This document shows, piece by piece, positions 1-13,923 of a stretch of DNA of 51,987 bases. A program made the position numbers and the translations under genes. The stretch comes from Octopus bimaculoides. Taxonomy: Eukaryota. The stretch spans positions 85,084,392 through 85,136,378 of the forward strand of contig NC_068986.1 of NCBI RefSeq assembly GCF_001194135.2. Reading direction: 5' to 3'. Position 1 is the first letter of the stretch, and the number at the start of each line of letters is the position of its first letter. The notes under the pieces are model-generated. The model searched no databases. It saw nothing but the letters and a program-made list of their open reading frames with translations, and was not told the origin of the DNA.

Positions 1-48
<48 letters not shown>

Positions 49-1131
49 TATATATATGTATGTACAGATATGTGTGTGTATAGATGTGTGTGTGTGTGTG
101 TATAGAGAGAGAGAGGGGAAGAGGAAGGGAGAGAGAGGGAGGATGAGATACAGGGAGGGGGGAGAGGGAGGGAGAGAGGGAGGGAGGGAGGTAGAGAGAG
201 ATGAGTAGAATACAGACAGATAGATAGATATTCTTAGGGATGGATATATGTGTGCATGAGTGTGTTTGTCTGTGTGCGTGTGCGCTCGCACGCGCGTGTG
301 CTTATGCTATACAAACACATTTTAATCGCACTAAAGTTGTGCCCTCTTAAAGCATTTCTTCTTAAGTAATTTCTCTTAACCTCATTTTTCACTATTTTAC
401 ATCTGTTTCAGCGTAATTCGGAGATTGCCTCTAGAGAGAAAGCAACGTGAGTAATTTCGTCTTTTGTCACTTTCGTGTAATCATTATTCACGTAAGAATA
501 AGAGAGCCTCTCTTCAATAATATTTGTTTGCTTCAGAAATATATATCAATATATGTGTCTGTGTGTGCATAGTTCAAGTTCGCAGAAAACGAAAGAGGGA
601 GGCAGGTATCGGAACAACAAGCAGGTGTATTAGATTAACGCCCAGACGTTTCGAGCTAACGATATTCGACAAAAAGGATTGAGAGGAAATAAAATGTAGA
701 GAGAATGAAAAATACGGAAAGAAAAACTGTAGAGATTAACGGTTCAATATTATGCGTATGTATGTATGTATGTATGTATATATGTATGTATGTATGTATA
801 TGTGTGTGTGTATGTATGTATACATCATAAAATATTCAGGGTCCAATGGGATAACGGCATTCAAGTCACAAAGGCTCTAAGGTAGAGTCGTCGATAACTT
901 ACTGACAGGGTGTGCGAACACTCACGTACTTATTAGAATAAATACGGATTTGTCCTTCAGGTAATGCTTACATTCACAAGCATCGACCAAATGTAAAGTG
1001 CATAAGTAAAATTACATAGATGTATACTCTGGCACGTATTCCGTGGCTCACAGTAGGCTCAAGATCCAACGCAGGGGACAATGTTCAGAGTGTGGTGAAG
1101 TTTAAATAGTAACCTTGTGGCCAATCAATGT

Positions 1132-1167
<36 letters not shown>

Positions 1168-1589
1168 GTATGTATATATGAATTCATTCAACAAACGCAG
1201 TAAGAAGAGATGGTCGATCCGCGCCTTGGAATCCTTGAGCTGGGTGTTGGAATCGCCACTAAGTAGCTGGCCCTTAATGATAACCTTCGCTATCACTCTT
1301 ACAAGACATGGGCTTGACAAATTCGGACAGCCTAGACAAAAGGTAGCTTGACGGAGGCTAATATCATAACTAAGCTGATGCTTTCCTGTTGAATGGGTGA
1401 TGATCTGGATCTTCTAAGATGAAAAGAAATTCTGCCTGGACAAGTTGCACAACAATCAAAAAAAAAAAAAAGGTTTGCCTAAAAACTATGTGATATGCTA
1501 CGTATCATGAAAACAGACTTCGTCTAAAATGTGATGGAGTTTTGTGTGTGTCTCTATTGTAAGTGACGTCACGCCGTCAGAGGCCTTTG

Positions 1590-1770
1590 AGTATTATCTT
1601 AGGGTCACTTCGGACGACTATGTGAAACTGCTGCAGATAATGGTGAAGCCTCAGTAGTGGAGAGTTGCTGCTGGAGGGCCATATTTGTAGAAGCAGGATT
1701 CGGTCCCTTGCCACACCTCCGAAAATGTCAGATGGGTTTGCTGGACAATTTCTACAACTTCAAAAGTTCT
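1590..1770 (+). mobile_element. Degenerate Tc1/mariner transposase fragment (catalytic region)
   Basis: Translates RVAAGGPYL*KQDSVPCHTSENVRW, matching the (W)QQDSAPCH second-Asp motif. Confidence 0.65.
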
Positions 1771-1878
1771 CTACTTACAAGGCACAAACTTAAATAGATT
1801 CTTCGTGGTAAGCGATTATGAAGTAAATGTTCAAAGCAATGTAGTGACTGGGTTCAAATTATATATATATATATATAC

Positions 1879-1923
<45 letters not shown>

Positions 1924-2535
1924 ATACAGTAGTGGATATTAAATATCTAAATATATTTACTTATATCAATATTTTGTATTTCACAGTTTAAAAGAAGATA
2001 AACATTATGAAGAAATCGATTCAAATTGGGAGTCAACGTATATGAATATTACGAAAGTTATCGAAAAGTCCGAGGCAATTCCACGAGACGTAAGTTTATT
2101 TTTCTGTAACTAAGCATACTTATTCTGTTGTTCGTCAATGTTATGACGACCTTATTANNNNNNNNNNNNNNNNNNNNNNNNNNNNNNNNNNNNNNNNNNN
2201 NNNNNNNNNNNNNNNNNNNNNNNNNNNNNNNNNNNNNNNNNNNNNNNNNNNNNNNNNNNNNNNNNNNNNNNNNNNNNNNNNNNNNNNNNNNNNNNNNNNN
2301 NNNNNNNNNNNNNNNNNNNNNNNNNNNNNNNNNNNNNNNNNNNNNNNNNNNNNNNNNNNNNNNNNNNNNNNNNNNNNNNNNNNNNNNNNNNNNNNNNNNN
2401 NNNNNNNNNNNNNNNNNNNNNNNNNNNNNNNNNNNNNNNNNNNNNNNNNNNNNNNNNNNNNNNNNNNNNNNNNNNNNNNNNNNNNNNNNNNNNNNNNNNN
2501 NNNNNNNNNNNNNNNNNNNNNNNNNNNNNNNNNNA

Positions 2536-2661
2536 AGGGATCAGCAACAGTTGCTTCACCATATACCGAAGTTCAGAAATATTGCTATCTGTTGGAGTTT
2601 TAGCACTTTAGCTGCTATTTCTGAACTTCGGTATGTGGTGAAGCAGCTGTTGCTGATCCCT
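2536..2661. repeat. Inverted repeat: 46-bp arms, 34-nt loop
   Basis: 2536-2581 is the reverse complement of 2616-2661 with 2 differences. Confidence 0.95.
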
Positions 2662-2796
2662 TAATTATGTTTATAAATGTATAAGAACTTTTAAATAAGT
2701 TCTTCACCGATAATGGTGTTTACATACCGAAGGGCTTGGAAAAATTATTAATTATTAATTCATTAATAAATTAATAATCCTTTACCCTTTTATTTG

Positions 2797-2833
<37 letters not shown>

Positions 2834-3082
2834 ATACAGTAGTGGATATTAAATATCTAAATATATTTACTTATATCAATATTTTGTATTTCACAGTTTA
2901 AAAGAAGATAAACATTATGAAGAAATCGATTCAAATTGGGAGTCAACGTATATGAATATTACGAAAGTTATCGAAAAGTCCGAGGCAATTCCACGAGACG
3001 TAAGTTTATTTTTCTGTAACTAAGCATACTTATTCTGTTGTTCGTCAATGTTATGACGACCTTATTAAATTTTCTTGTGAAA

Positions 3083-3295
3083 GCTGTGAGTTGGCAGAAT
3101 CGGTAGCACGCGGACAAAATGCTTAGCGGCATTTCTGGCGTTATACAGTGACTTCAAATTACGATGAGGTTGAATTTACTTTCATTCTTCCACTGTCAAT
3201 AAAATAAATGCCAACTGAGTACTGGGATCAATGTAATCGAATTACCCCTCCCTTCGAAACTGCTTTGTCTTGTATCAAATTTTAGAATCATTATT
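3083..3295 (+). mobile_element. tRNA-derived SINE, family A, diverged copy
   Basis: Head gtgagttggcagaatcggtagcac...cttagcggcatttc and body shared with other copies in the window. Confidence 0.8.
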
Positions 3296-3573
3296 AAATT
3301 TCCTCTCGAAGGCAGTGAGCTGGTAGAATCACTAGCTCGTAGGCAAAGGAACAGTTAGATGTATTAGTGAATGGCGAATGATTTTGGAGAGCATAAGAGC
3401 AAAATTTTTAAAAAACAACTGTAATTGAGAATGAGTCAGCTCACGTAGAGGTCGGTTAGCCATCTCAGTACTAGAAAGCAATTACCTGTATGACGATGAT
3501 TCATATCAAGTGCCAAAGTACGGACGTCATGTTTGCTGTTCTATACTCTGGGAACACTGTAAAGGATGTAAGA

Positions 3574-5094
3574 CGTGATATGGGCGGCTGCAGTGGAGAC
3601 CAACAGGAAGGAACGTAGAATGCATTCCCACATCGTCTACACGGCGGAATCCATGCAACAAATGCAGGACAGCGTGGTAGTCACTGTGTGCTACGGAATT
3701 CAGCTACAAAAAAAAAACAATAACACTACAGCTACGAAAACAACAGTAACAATAGCAGCAGCAACTACAACAGAGAACTCACCAACATCTACAACAGCAA
3801 AAACAACAGCATAAGAATCCCCTAAGACAACAACTTTATTAGCAGAAAAACAACAAAATGCTCCGCAACAGTTGCCCTCCCGTGTTCAGAGAAATCTTGC
3901 AGAAGAGGTCCGTTAATCAAATAAAAGGAAGAGAAACAAACTAATACCGGCATCAACACAAAAAAACAGGCAGACATGGCCAGGTAGGGGAGATGCCATC
4001 AAAAAATGAATTCTCAAATACCTCCCTCCAAACAGCCATATCAATACTAACGTCATCTCCATTACTATCATCACCCCCCACCACCACCACTACTATCACA
4101 GACACCTCCATCAAACATACAACCCAATTCATACGCACAACCTTCAGATTGCACATCTCAACACCATTAAAAGTTCAAAATTTGGAATTACAATGCAATG
4201 AACACGAACAATAACAAACTAATGGATTACATATATAACAGTACAGGCACACACACTGACATTGCCATATCAAGAAACAGCACATCGAAGTCATACAAGC
4301 ATCTCAAAACACATACAACATCATTAAAACCTCTTCCTTTCCAGACTATAACAGACTATATGAAGAACTGCTCGTAGAAACATCCATATATACCTATGGG
4401 GACGGAACATCCATCCCCTTCTCACAAACAAAATTACTGTAACTAATCTTTTCCACTTCTGTACCTTAATCTAACATGGCCTTGCTCAGAGTAGGCTGGA
4501 TAAATGTACGTGGCCTGAGGTCAACTTGGAAACAGCAACATCTACTCAACGGCCTCAGATCACTAAGTGTCGATGTAGTGGCCATCAGTGAAACCACTTT
4601 CTCTCCCGACATGCTTTTACACCCATTTTCGGTGGATACGACACATTTATCTCTATATCAACCAGGAATGGGAGGGAGAACCGCTGTGTTGTTCCGGAGA
4701 AACCTGAATTTCAATATAAGGACTGTCTTCCTAAACCCAGAGGGTAAGTTGGTGATCCTGGATGTGATATGGGCGGCTGCAGTGGAGACCAACAGGAAGG
4801 AACGTAGAATGCATTCCCACATCGTCTACACGGCGGAATCCATGCAACAAATGCAGGACAGCGTGGTAGTCACTGTGTGCTACGGAATTCAGCTACAAAA
4901 AAAAAACAATAACACTACAGCTGCGAAAACAACAGTAACAATAGCAGCAGCAACTACAACAGAGAACTCACCAACATCTACAACAGCAAAAACAACAGCA
5001 TAAGAATCCCCTAAGACAACAACTTTATTAGCAGAAAAACAACAAAATGCTCCGCAACAGTTGCCCTCCCGTGTTCAGAGAAATCTTGCAGAAG
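3574..5094 (+). mobile_element. Tx1/L1-like LINE fragment with an APE endonuclease start and an internal direct duplication
   Basis: ORF at 4476 reads MALLRVGWINVRGLRS...VDVVAISET...GGRTAVLF...EGKLVILDV (APE motifs). Segment 3574-3905 recurs at about 4764-5094. Confidence 0.8.
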
Positions 5095-5939
5095 TGGTGG
5101 TTGTTTCTGTTCTGACAGAAGAGAGTTGGATTTCTACAGACGTCTGGAGGTTTTCCGTCTAAAAATTTAGAGTTAAAGAGAGACTGAAACACCGCCTTAG
5201 AGCCACGTTTGGACTGCGTGAGGCTAGTACATAGAAGAGGGCATGGTAAACGTATTGGAAATCAGCTAAACCATTCGGACTCTCTGACAGCTTCGACTGA
5301 ATTTCCGGGACGTGCCAATGTAGACGTGACCGAATTGCTTAGGGTCATCCAGATCATATCTAGACACAGTATCCTGTAAGCCAGAGTAGATAAAAATGCA
5401 GTCCTGAATCAAACGTAGACCGAAGCAGGGCACCTAACACAGAATGTCGTGACACGCTCACAGTGCTCTGTCAGTCGGACAATGCAGTTGGTGGAAGTTA
5501 CCCTTAAGCGTTCTATAGAGGGTTAGTGGTGAGCACGTGCGACGATGTTCTAAGGGAGACACTGGGCGTCCAGGAAAATGAGTTGGCTGATCTGTTCCGA
5601 TGGACTTTTGAGCCGAGACCCTGAATTACCTCCGAAATCTTTGGCCTCGCAGTGCTATCGGGATCGGGGGCATTGCCGGTTCGGAATATCTCTACAAGCA
5701 TGGAAATACCGTCAGCCTGGCTTGCCCTAGGCGCACACGGAGCGACGGAATTGTTCTGCACGTGCTCGTCCGGTGCCCGAGTATTGCTGATGTATGGGTT
5801 TATGTCAAACACCAGCTGTCGCGTGTAGGACGGATCCTGCTATCAGTTGAGTCCATCGTGAAGATCGCTCCGCAGCCTTCCTTTGACCTGGAAAGCCAGG
5901 CAGTGTTTCTTTGACTGGTGACCTTAGCGAGAAAGGTTG

Positions 5940-7110
5940 TGTAGTGGACCAGGTTGAAAGTGCTGAAGATAGAGACTTTTCTCTTTGGTCAACTCCTCAT
6001 CAAGTTTTTCAAGTTTCACTTCAAAAGTAATGTGATGGTAGGGATGGAGGAACTGCCTCCCAACTATTTTGTTATTTTGTCAAAAATTAGATTTAATGTA
6101 ATGCGAATAGCCAGAGTGAACGGGTCTGTTGTTATCATGCACCTCTAGATCGAGGCTGGTTGAGGTGAACATGGTGATCGTGGTTTTTATGGAGTTTCCA
6201 CTAGCAGCACTTAGAATTCTCCCCTTTTGGATATTTATTTGTTATAATTTTTATTGTTATTCCCTTTTTACACGATTCAATCCACTCTGTAGGTACTGCA
6301 TTTTCCTGCACCGTCCCTAATCTTATATGTATGAACCCTCAATGGTTAATGAAGAAAGGATTATCATTATTATTATTGGTATTCCTATAATCATTATTAT
6401 TATTATAATTATGACTATTACTATTATTGTTATATTTATTTTTTCGTTAGTTGTGCTTCGTTGGTGATGGCTATTAAGTTTGCGCTAATTAAATGTGACT
6501 ATGATGGATTGAATGCTAAGCGCAGAGGAGTAAGATAATTTAATGGTGGACTAATTAAAGATACGGTGGGGTAGAACATTGAACTTGATAATTGCAGAAA
6601 TTGCTCTGGTAAGCCCTTAACATTTAAAAAGGGTGGGGTATACCAAAGTAATGTTCTCTCCCGGAGTTTATTAGGTAATCTGCTGCTTGGTGGTGCAGGG
6701 TTTAGTTTTATATTTGGTATTGTGGATGTAATTCTATCTATAATGCTGCATTTTGTATGAGTATTTTTGAGGTGTGTGAGAGGTGGTTTAATATGCTAAT
6801 TTTTAAGGTTCAGGGTACTGAGCTGAGTTCTTATGTACTGTGGGGAGGGGAAAATCATAACCGTGGTTTTGGTGTGTGTTGACTCAGGATGTATTTGAAT
6901 TAGATAGTTCTTAAGCCTAGTATTGGAGACGGGTTGGATGTTTCGAGAGAAGCCGCTTACGGCAAGATCTTGATTATAATAGTTAGGGTGGTTATTTCCG
7001 TTGTTGCAGACAGATCGGAAATTCTAAAAGAAATACCCTTAATTACGCTATTAAAACAGATCTATGGTGAGAAATTTTCTGATTCTTCCCTCTCTATTTA
7101 TGTGTGTGTG
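5940..7110 (-). mobile_element. Degenerate Penelope-like element (RT/GIY-YIG linker region)
   Basis: Minus-strand translation near 6480-6580 gives PHRIFN*STIKLSYSSALSIQSII, matching the PLE HKIFNRNTxKLSYSCMPN motif. Boundaries approximate. Confidence 0.6.
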
Positions 7111-7298
7111 CAACGATAGTTTACATATACGATTAGAAATTGCTGTTAGCTGATAGTTGTAATTTTTGTTTCATGCTAAATCTAATTATTTATGTCAATA
7201 AACTTTTTTGTCTATATTTAGTTCAGGATCAAGAGACCAAATATCCAATCAGACTAAAGTCCTTCCACCGGTAAGTCGTTTCATTGAAACCTAATTAA

Positions 7299-7401
7299 GG
7301 CTGTGTGCTAGGAAGTTTAGTTCCCAACCACATGGTACCAGGTTCAGTTCCACTGCGTGGCAGTTTGGGCGAGTGTCTTCTACTATAACCCAGGGCCAAC
7401 C
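7299..7401 (+). mobile_element. SINE family B, 5' fragment
   Basis: ggctgtgtg...ccaaccacatgg...ggttcagttccactgcgtggca...gtgtcttctactata matches the copy at 10931. Confidence 0.75.
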
Positions 7402-7545
7402 AAATTATAGAGGTGAACCCTTTTCAAGAAACAACAGCATAGGGCTTAATTTATTGAACGATTAGATTAAAGTATTAATTTGAAAGAGACAAGTTCCAAG
7501 GTAAATAATACTCCTCATCAAGGCCGATACCCATCTAAACACCCA

Positions 7546-7606
<61 letters not shown>

Positions 7607-7859
7607 NNNNNNNNNNNNNNNNNNNNNNNNNNNNNNNNNNNNNNNNNNNNNNNNNNNNNNNNNNNNNNNNNNNNNNNNNNNNNNNNNNNNNNNNNNNNNN
7701 NNNNNNNNNNNNNNNNNNNNNNNNNNNNNNNNNNNNNNNNNNNNNNNNNNNNNNNNNNNNNNNNNNNNNNNNNNNNNNNNNNNNNNNNNNNNNNNNNNNN
7801 NNNNNNNNNNNNNNNNNNNNNNNNNNNNNNNNNNNNNNNNNNNNNNNNNNNNNNNNNNN

Positions 7860-7892
<33 letters not shown>

Positions 7893-8423
7893 TTAAATAT
7901 TTAAATTGTTTTAGTTTCAGATCTGTAGTAATGTTGGGGCACTAACATTAACTGTGCTACACCATTATTTGAGACCTCCACTGATATGTGTCATTTGGTG
8001 AATGACGTAGTTTGCTGTCATCATCTGTGTCTCCTACCGAGAGGTAGGCTTATCTGTGATCCTTGATAGGAGGAGATCCATGTTTGCTTTGAAGACACCT
8101 ACATCCACACTATACAAAACTCTCAGGCGTTTTAGAGGGATACCGAAGAGCTGTGGGCCCTTGCAGTATCTGATCCTGTATTTTGATGGTGATACAGGGA
8201 CCATTGGCACTAATCAGTGGCGACCCGTTCAGCTGGTTGAGTAACTTTCAATGACAAAGTTTGGTACAAGGCCTTCCAGGATTTTCCAGAAGTATATCTC
8301 TACATATCTTCTCCGCCTTCGTTTTATAAATACTTAAATATATATGCATATATACATATACATGCATACATACCTGCATGCATACATACGTGCGTACATA
8401 CATACATACACATATACACAAAT

Positions 8424-8512
<89 letters not shown>

Positions 8513-8644
8513 AGCACAGATATATATGTGTGTGCACCACACACATGCATTTATATATATATANNNNNNNNNNNNNNNNNNNNNNNNNNNNNNNNNNNNN
8601 NNNNNNNNNNNNNNNNNNNNNNNNNNNNNNNNNNNNNNNNNNNN

Positions 8645-8702
<58 letters not shown>

Positions 8703-9654
8703 TATGTATTTATGTATACATATATATGTACGTATTTATAATTTACTTTTGTGACATAACTTTATTTGACTTCCCTGTTTGTTTTTACCATATTGCTCAT
8801 GGAAAATAGATACCTTCCTTGGAGTCTTTGCAGACAAATATCAAAATCGCTAGTCGGCATTATTACAATATGCAGTAAATGCAGCAAATTAGGAAGTGTT
8901 CTAAGTGTGGCAATTCCATTATTTGCCTCGTCAAAATGATTAGATCTAGAAGTACATTATCCGGTGCGTGATTCCTTTTTATGAAGCATTTGTGCAATTC
9001 TAATGATAATCGGTTGCTATTTCTAGTGATCCAGTGATGTTTAACAAGCTATTGACTTCAGAATGTATTGTATTATTATATCATGCAACTGAATAATAGT
9101 GAAACGTTATCTTATTTTTCAGACTGTGTATGGACAAGACAACCAAGTTTTAAACTTACAGCAATCAATTTGTTTAGTTTTAATAATTTTTCTTAAATAG
9201 TATGAATTTTAAAAATAATAATTAGAATAAAACTAGGTATAGCATTTAAGGCAAACTACTAAAATATTTTCTTGTATCAAAGCAAAAATTTATTGAACCT
9301 TTCAACCTATGCATATTTAGGTAGATGTGTAAAATACTACGAAAATTAATAAATACATAATAAATAACACAAATATTACTAAACTCATCACAAATGGATT
9401 TATCTATCTAGATGTAAATCTGTCTTCTGTTCACAATTTCAATACTTTCTCAAAATGTACGTATATCTTCTTCGTTAGATGATAAACATCACATAATTAA
9501 AGTACATCTATTTGCTTCCTATTATAAATTTTCGAAGAAATATGTTGACCTTGGTAAAGACAGTTTATTAAATTACTTTTCTCGTTTTAGTCGGAGATAA
9601 AGGGAGTATTCAATCGATATTGAGCTACAGACATCTGTATATATAAAAGGCAGG

Positions 9655-9698
<44 letters not shown>

Positions 9699-9990
9699 AC
9701 GTGAATGTAATTTATGCACGTCCACAAATTAGCACACATGTCGCTCCAGTTTTAGGACATTCGTCATGGCTCTAGCTGTATTTTCATGAACTTATTTTTC
9801 CCAGAGGCACCAGCGAATAACAGTAAAAATTAATTTTCAACCAAAACTTTTAACAATTTTCAAGTCGGAGAAATCACCACTGTTTACAAACAGGAGTTAC
9901 ATTCCCTTCTAGCGACGAGTAAGTTTTTGTTAAGAGTTTTGGTGTTTTTTTTTCCATCGAGTAAAAAAAGTGTTTTGTTGATATAGGGGC

Positions 9991-10091
<101 letters not shown>

Positions 10092-10930
10092 ACATGTATG
10101 CGTACAAAAAAACATGTATGCAATAGGTGTACGTACGTGCATGTGTACGTGTGTGTGTGTATGTGTGTGTGTGTGTCTGTGCGCGCGCGCATGTTGCCCA
10201 TTTCGAAAGGCGGAGTAGATGAAACAGGGACAACTGATGAAGCGAAATATTCTTTATGTTGTATGTCTCATTTCTCTGTTTTTTTTTCGTTGTTCGAAAA
10301 AAAGTTCGTTTTCCATCTTTTCGTTTTTATACTTTCGTTTCTCATTGTGTTTAACGTTTTTTTGATGTCCTGTACTCATATATGCATGTGTATATACATA
10401 TATATGTAGGTATGTACATATATGTATGTACATATGCATATGTTTATATATTGCNNNNNNNNNNNNNNNNNNNNNNNNNNNNNNNNNNNNNNNNNNNNNN
10501 NNNNNNNNNNNNNNNNNNNNNNNNNNNNNNNNNNNNNNNNNNNNNNNNNNNNNNNNNNNNNNNNNNTAGATGATGGGGGTAGTGTTTTCAAAGGGCTGGC
10601 ATGTGCAACCTGATCACCTCTGCCGATCAAACTCCCAACCCATGCACTCCCGTCGTGACACTGATTCTGCAGAACTGGGTTGGGTGTGAAAACCAACTTT
10701 AAAGTATAAATATAGATGTTTTTGAATCAGCAATACTGTGTTCGGTTAAGTCCTATTTGGGGTGGAAAATCAATAAACTGATTCCTTATGGGGTTTTCCA
10801 TTTAATCAGGATAATAAAAATTGATAAACTGATTCCTTATGGAATTTCCCAATAAAATTGGCTACACCCCATTTTCAACCATAACTTTTACCAGTTTTGA
10901 TGTATTTTGTTCAAACATCATGCCATCATA

Positions 10931-11343
10931 GGCGCAGGAGTGGTTGTGTGGTAAGTAGCTTGCTTACCAACCACATGGTTCCGGGTTCAGTCCTACTGCG
11001 TGGCACCTTGGGTAAGTGTCTTCTACTATAGCCCCGGGCCGACCAAAGCCTTGTGAGTGGATTTAGTTGAGGGAAACTGAAAGAAGCCCGTCGTATATAT
11101 GTATATATATATGTATATTTGTGTGTGTTTGTGTGTCTGTGTTTGTCCCCCTAGCATTGCTTGACAACCGATGCTGGTGTGTTTATGTTCCCGTAACTTA
11201 GCGGTTCGGCAAAAGACACCGATAGAATAAGTACTAGGCTTACAAAGAATAAGTCCTGGGGTCGATTTCCTCGACAAAAGGTGGTGCTCCAGCATGGCCG
11301 CAGTCAAATGACTGAAACAATTAACAAAGAGTAAAGAGTAAAA
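10931..11343 (+). mobile_element. tRNA-derived SINE, family B, near full length
   Basis: tRNA-like head ggcgcaggagtggttgtgtggtaag...ggttcagtcc, internal TA/TG microsatellite, tail gactgaaacaa...gagtaaa. Confidence 0.9.
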
Positions 11344-11692
11344 GCGAGTGGGAAAAATCGATAAACCGATTCCTTATGGGTTTACCCAATCAAGTTATCT
11401 GCAATTCATTTTCAGCCAAAAGTTTACCAATTTTAACGGATTTCGCCCAAATTTTGAAGCCGATGTTACTTAGTGTAGTTTGAAATAAAGACCTTCATTA
11501 GCTTAATAATCCTAACTTAATCCGGGATAAAGCCGGGCTATACTGCTAGTTTGGAATATACTTGTAAAATATGATTTTTACTAAGCCCTTTATTATACTC
11601 ATTTGTAAGTGGATGAGTTAGAAAATAGTGCAAAGTTTAGTTGCACTAATTCTTCATTTATTCTCGAAATAGTTTCATTGCTTCGTTGTTTT

Positions 11693-11883
11693 AGGTGTGG
11701 CTGTGTCGTAAGAAGATTACTTCCCAGGCACATGGTTCTGGATTCGGTCCTACTGCCTGCGTGACAGTTTGGGCAAGCGTACTCTACTTTAGCCTCCGGC
11801 CGAATAAGCTCTTGTTAGATTTGGTAGATGGAAACTGAAAGAAGCCCGTCGTATATATACANNNNNNNNNNATATATATATAT

Positions 11884-11918
<35 letters not shown>

Positions 11919-12125
11919 TTTGTGTTTGCGTTTGTCCCCGACCACCGCTTGACAACCGGTGTATGTATGTTTATGTTCACGTAACGTAACAGTTCACCAA
12001 AAGAGATCGATAGAATAAGTGCCAATCTTTAAAAAAGTAAGTCCTATGGTCGATTTGCTCGACTAGATCCCTTTAAAGCGGTGCTCCAGCATGATCACGA
12101 CTAGAAAATTAAAACAAGTAAAGAA
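11693..12125 (+). mobile_element. SINE family B
   Basis: Collinear with 10931-11343, including the internal microsatellite. Confidence 0.85.
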
Positions 12126-12339
12126 AAAAAACAGTAAGATAAAAGTAAATGAAAAAAAAATCGGTTGATAACACTAATACTTTTGTTAGACAACGTTAAG
12201 TTTACGACATCCAATTTCAAATATATGATTGAACAGACTGGAAGTAAAAAGTTTTCTACGAAGATTAACCATATATTTAACTGTAATATTATTGCATTGT
12301 GATATCTGTAATAGCGTTGATTATAGAAAGCATTAATGA

Positions 12340-12552
12340 GAGTGGCGAGTTGGCAGAATCGTTGGCACGCCGGGTAAAATGCTTAGCAGTATTTCGTCTG
12401 CTGTTACGTTCAAATTCCGCCGAGGTCGACTTTGCCTTTCGAGGTCGACTAAACAAGTACGAGTTACACACTGGGGTCGAGGTAAACGACTTAATCACTT
12501 TGTCTGTTCTTGTTTGTCCCATCTGTGTTTACCCCCGTATGGGTAATAAAAT
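12340..12552 (+). mobile_element. SINE family A
   Basis: gtggcgagttggcagaatcgttggcacgcc...caaattccgccgaggtcgac...tgtttgtccc. Confidence 0.85.
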
Positions 12553-13380
12553 ATAGAGGAAATGAATCTATGTTAGAACAAAAATATGCTTTTACAATAA
12601 ATATTGAGATTTTGTAATACACAACTATTAATATACTAATATTAAACTTAAGATCATGATTTTCTTATGCGTTAAATAACTTTCAATAAAATGTTACTAA
12701 ATATATTATTTTAATTTCGGACATGTACCTATGTACAATTTTATAAGATTTCAATACAGGTTATCCTGATTAAAGATATGTTATATTTCATTGTGACTTT
12801 GTGCTCTACTTAAATATGCTTTTTTTTTTTTTTGCTTCATTTAGCTATTCTCCAAACTGTTCGCTTCATTACTCAGCTGCGGTACGGAGTTAGATGCGTA
12901 ATAAGAGCTCAGTTTTGTTCACGCATCACATGTTAAATTACGTCAACAAATTTGATGTGAAACGGACACAACTTCAAGCAAGTGAATAAAGGCGCTACTT
13001 GTAAATAATTCGCTTATCTATATACAACTGAAATTTGAAATAGAAAAGAAAGACTACACAATCCTCATAATCCCACAATATTCATAAGATTAATAATACT
13101 AGAGCAATCCGTTCAATATTGAATCAAATCTACTCTAGGTAAATCATAATTGCAAACCCCATGTCATATTCTCGGAAAAACATCAATTAAACAATGCATT
13201 TCTTAAAGGTATATGTATGAAGATGTATGACAAAAAATATTTAGTACAGATGTCCTTTCTTGTGTGGCCTACACAAACTAAAAGAAAAAAATATATACCC
13301 CTATCTCTCATTTAGAATTCATGACCTAATCTCTGTAACTCTCGTAAGATTCCCTAAGATATATTGATTCCTAAATATTA

Positions 13381-13590
13381 ACCGGTAGAATTTTTAGCAC
13401 ATCGAACAATACCTTTAGTGGTATTTCGTCCGTCTTTAACTTCTGAGTTGAAATTCCTCTGAGGTCGACATTGACTTTCACCCTTTCGGCATTGATAAAA
13501 TAAGTAGCAGTTGAATACTGGGGTCGATGTAATCGACTTGTTCCTATCCCGAACTTGCTGGCCTTGTTGCTAAAATTTGAAACCAATATT
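13381..13590 (+). mobile_element. SINE family A, diverged
   Basis: Same body and gccttg...aaatttgaaaccaat tail as other copies. Confidence 0.75.
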
Positions 13591-13923
13591 AACCGTATGA
13601 AACTATAAATTTGCCCAACTGGTGTTACATAACGGAGATAATTCCATTTCTAGTTTCTAAATTGTTTTACATCGTGGTTCACTTGAGATAAAATACAAAA
13701 TATATGCGTTTCTGAGTTTATATTTTAGAAAGAAAAAGAAAAGCAACGAGAAAGAAAAATGTAACTGAAAATTAAAAAAAAGATCCTAATGTGTTTCATT
13801 AAAAAACTTGTATAAAACTCGTATGAAAGCTGAGTTTGGTGGTCATTCATGCAAGTTTTTCTATATTGGAGCAGCCGTACGATGAACAGGCTTTTATCTC
13901 ACCGTCAATAAGAGTATATTTGA

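Noticed and set aside
895-930. ctgacag followed by a gggtgt-GCGA-acactc stem-loop resembling a hammerhead
   Set aside because: No GAAA follows stem II and the core is not CUGANGA.
1921-3067. Identical 237-bp direct repeat (1921-2157 and 2831-3067) across an N gap
   Set aside because: Perfect identity, ending exactly at the gap edge and starting at a TA array, is typical of redundant contig ends in scaffolding.
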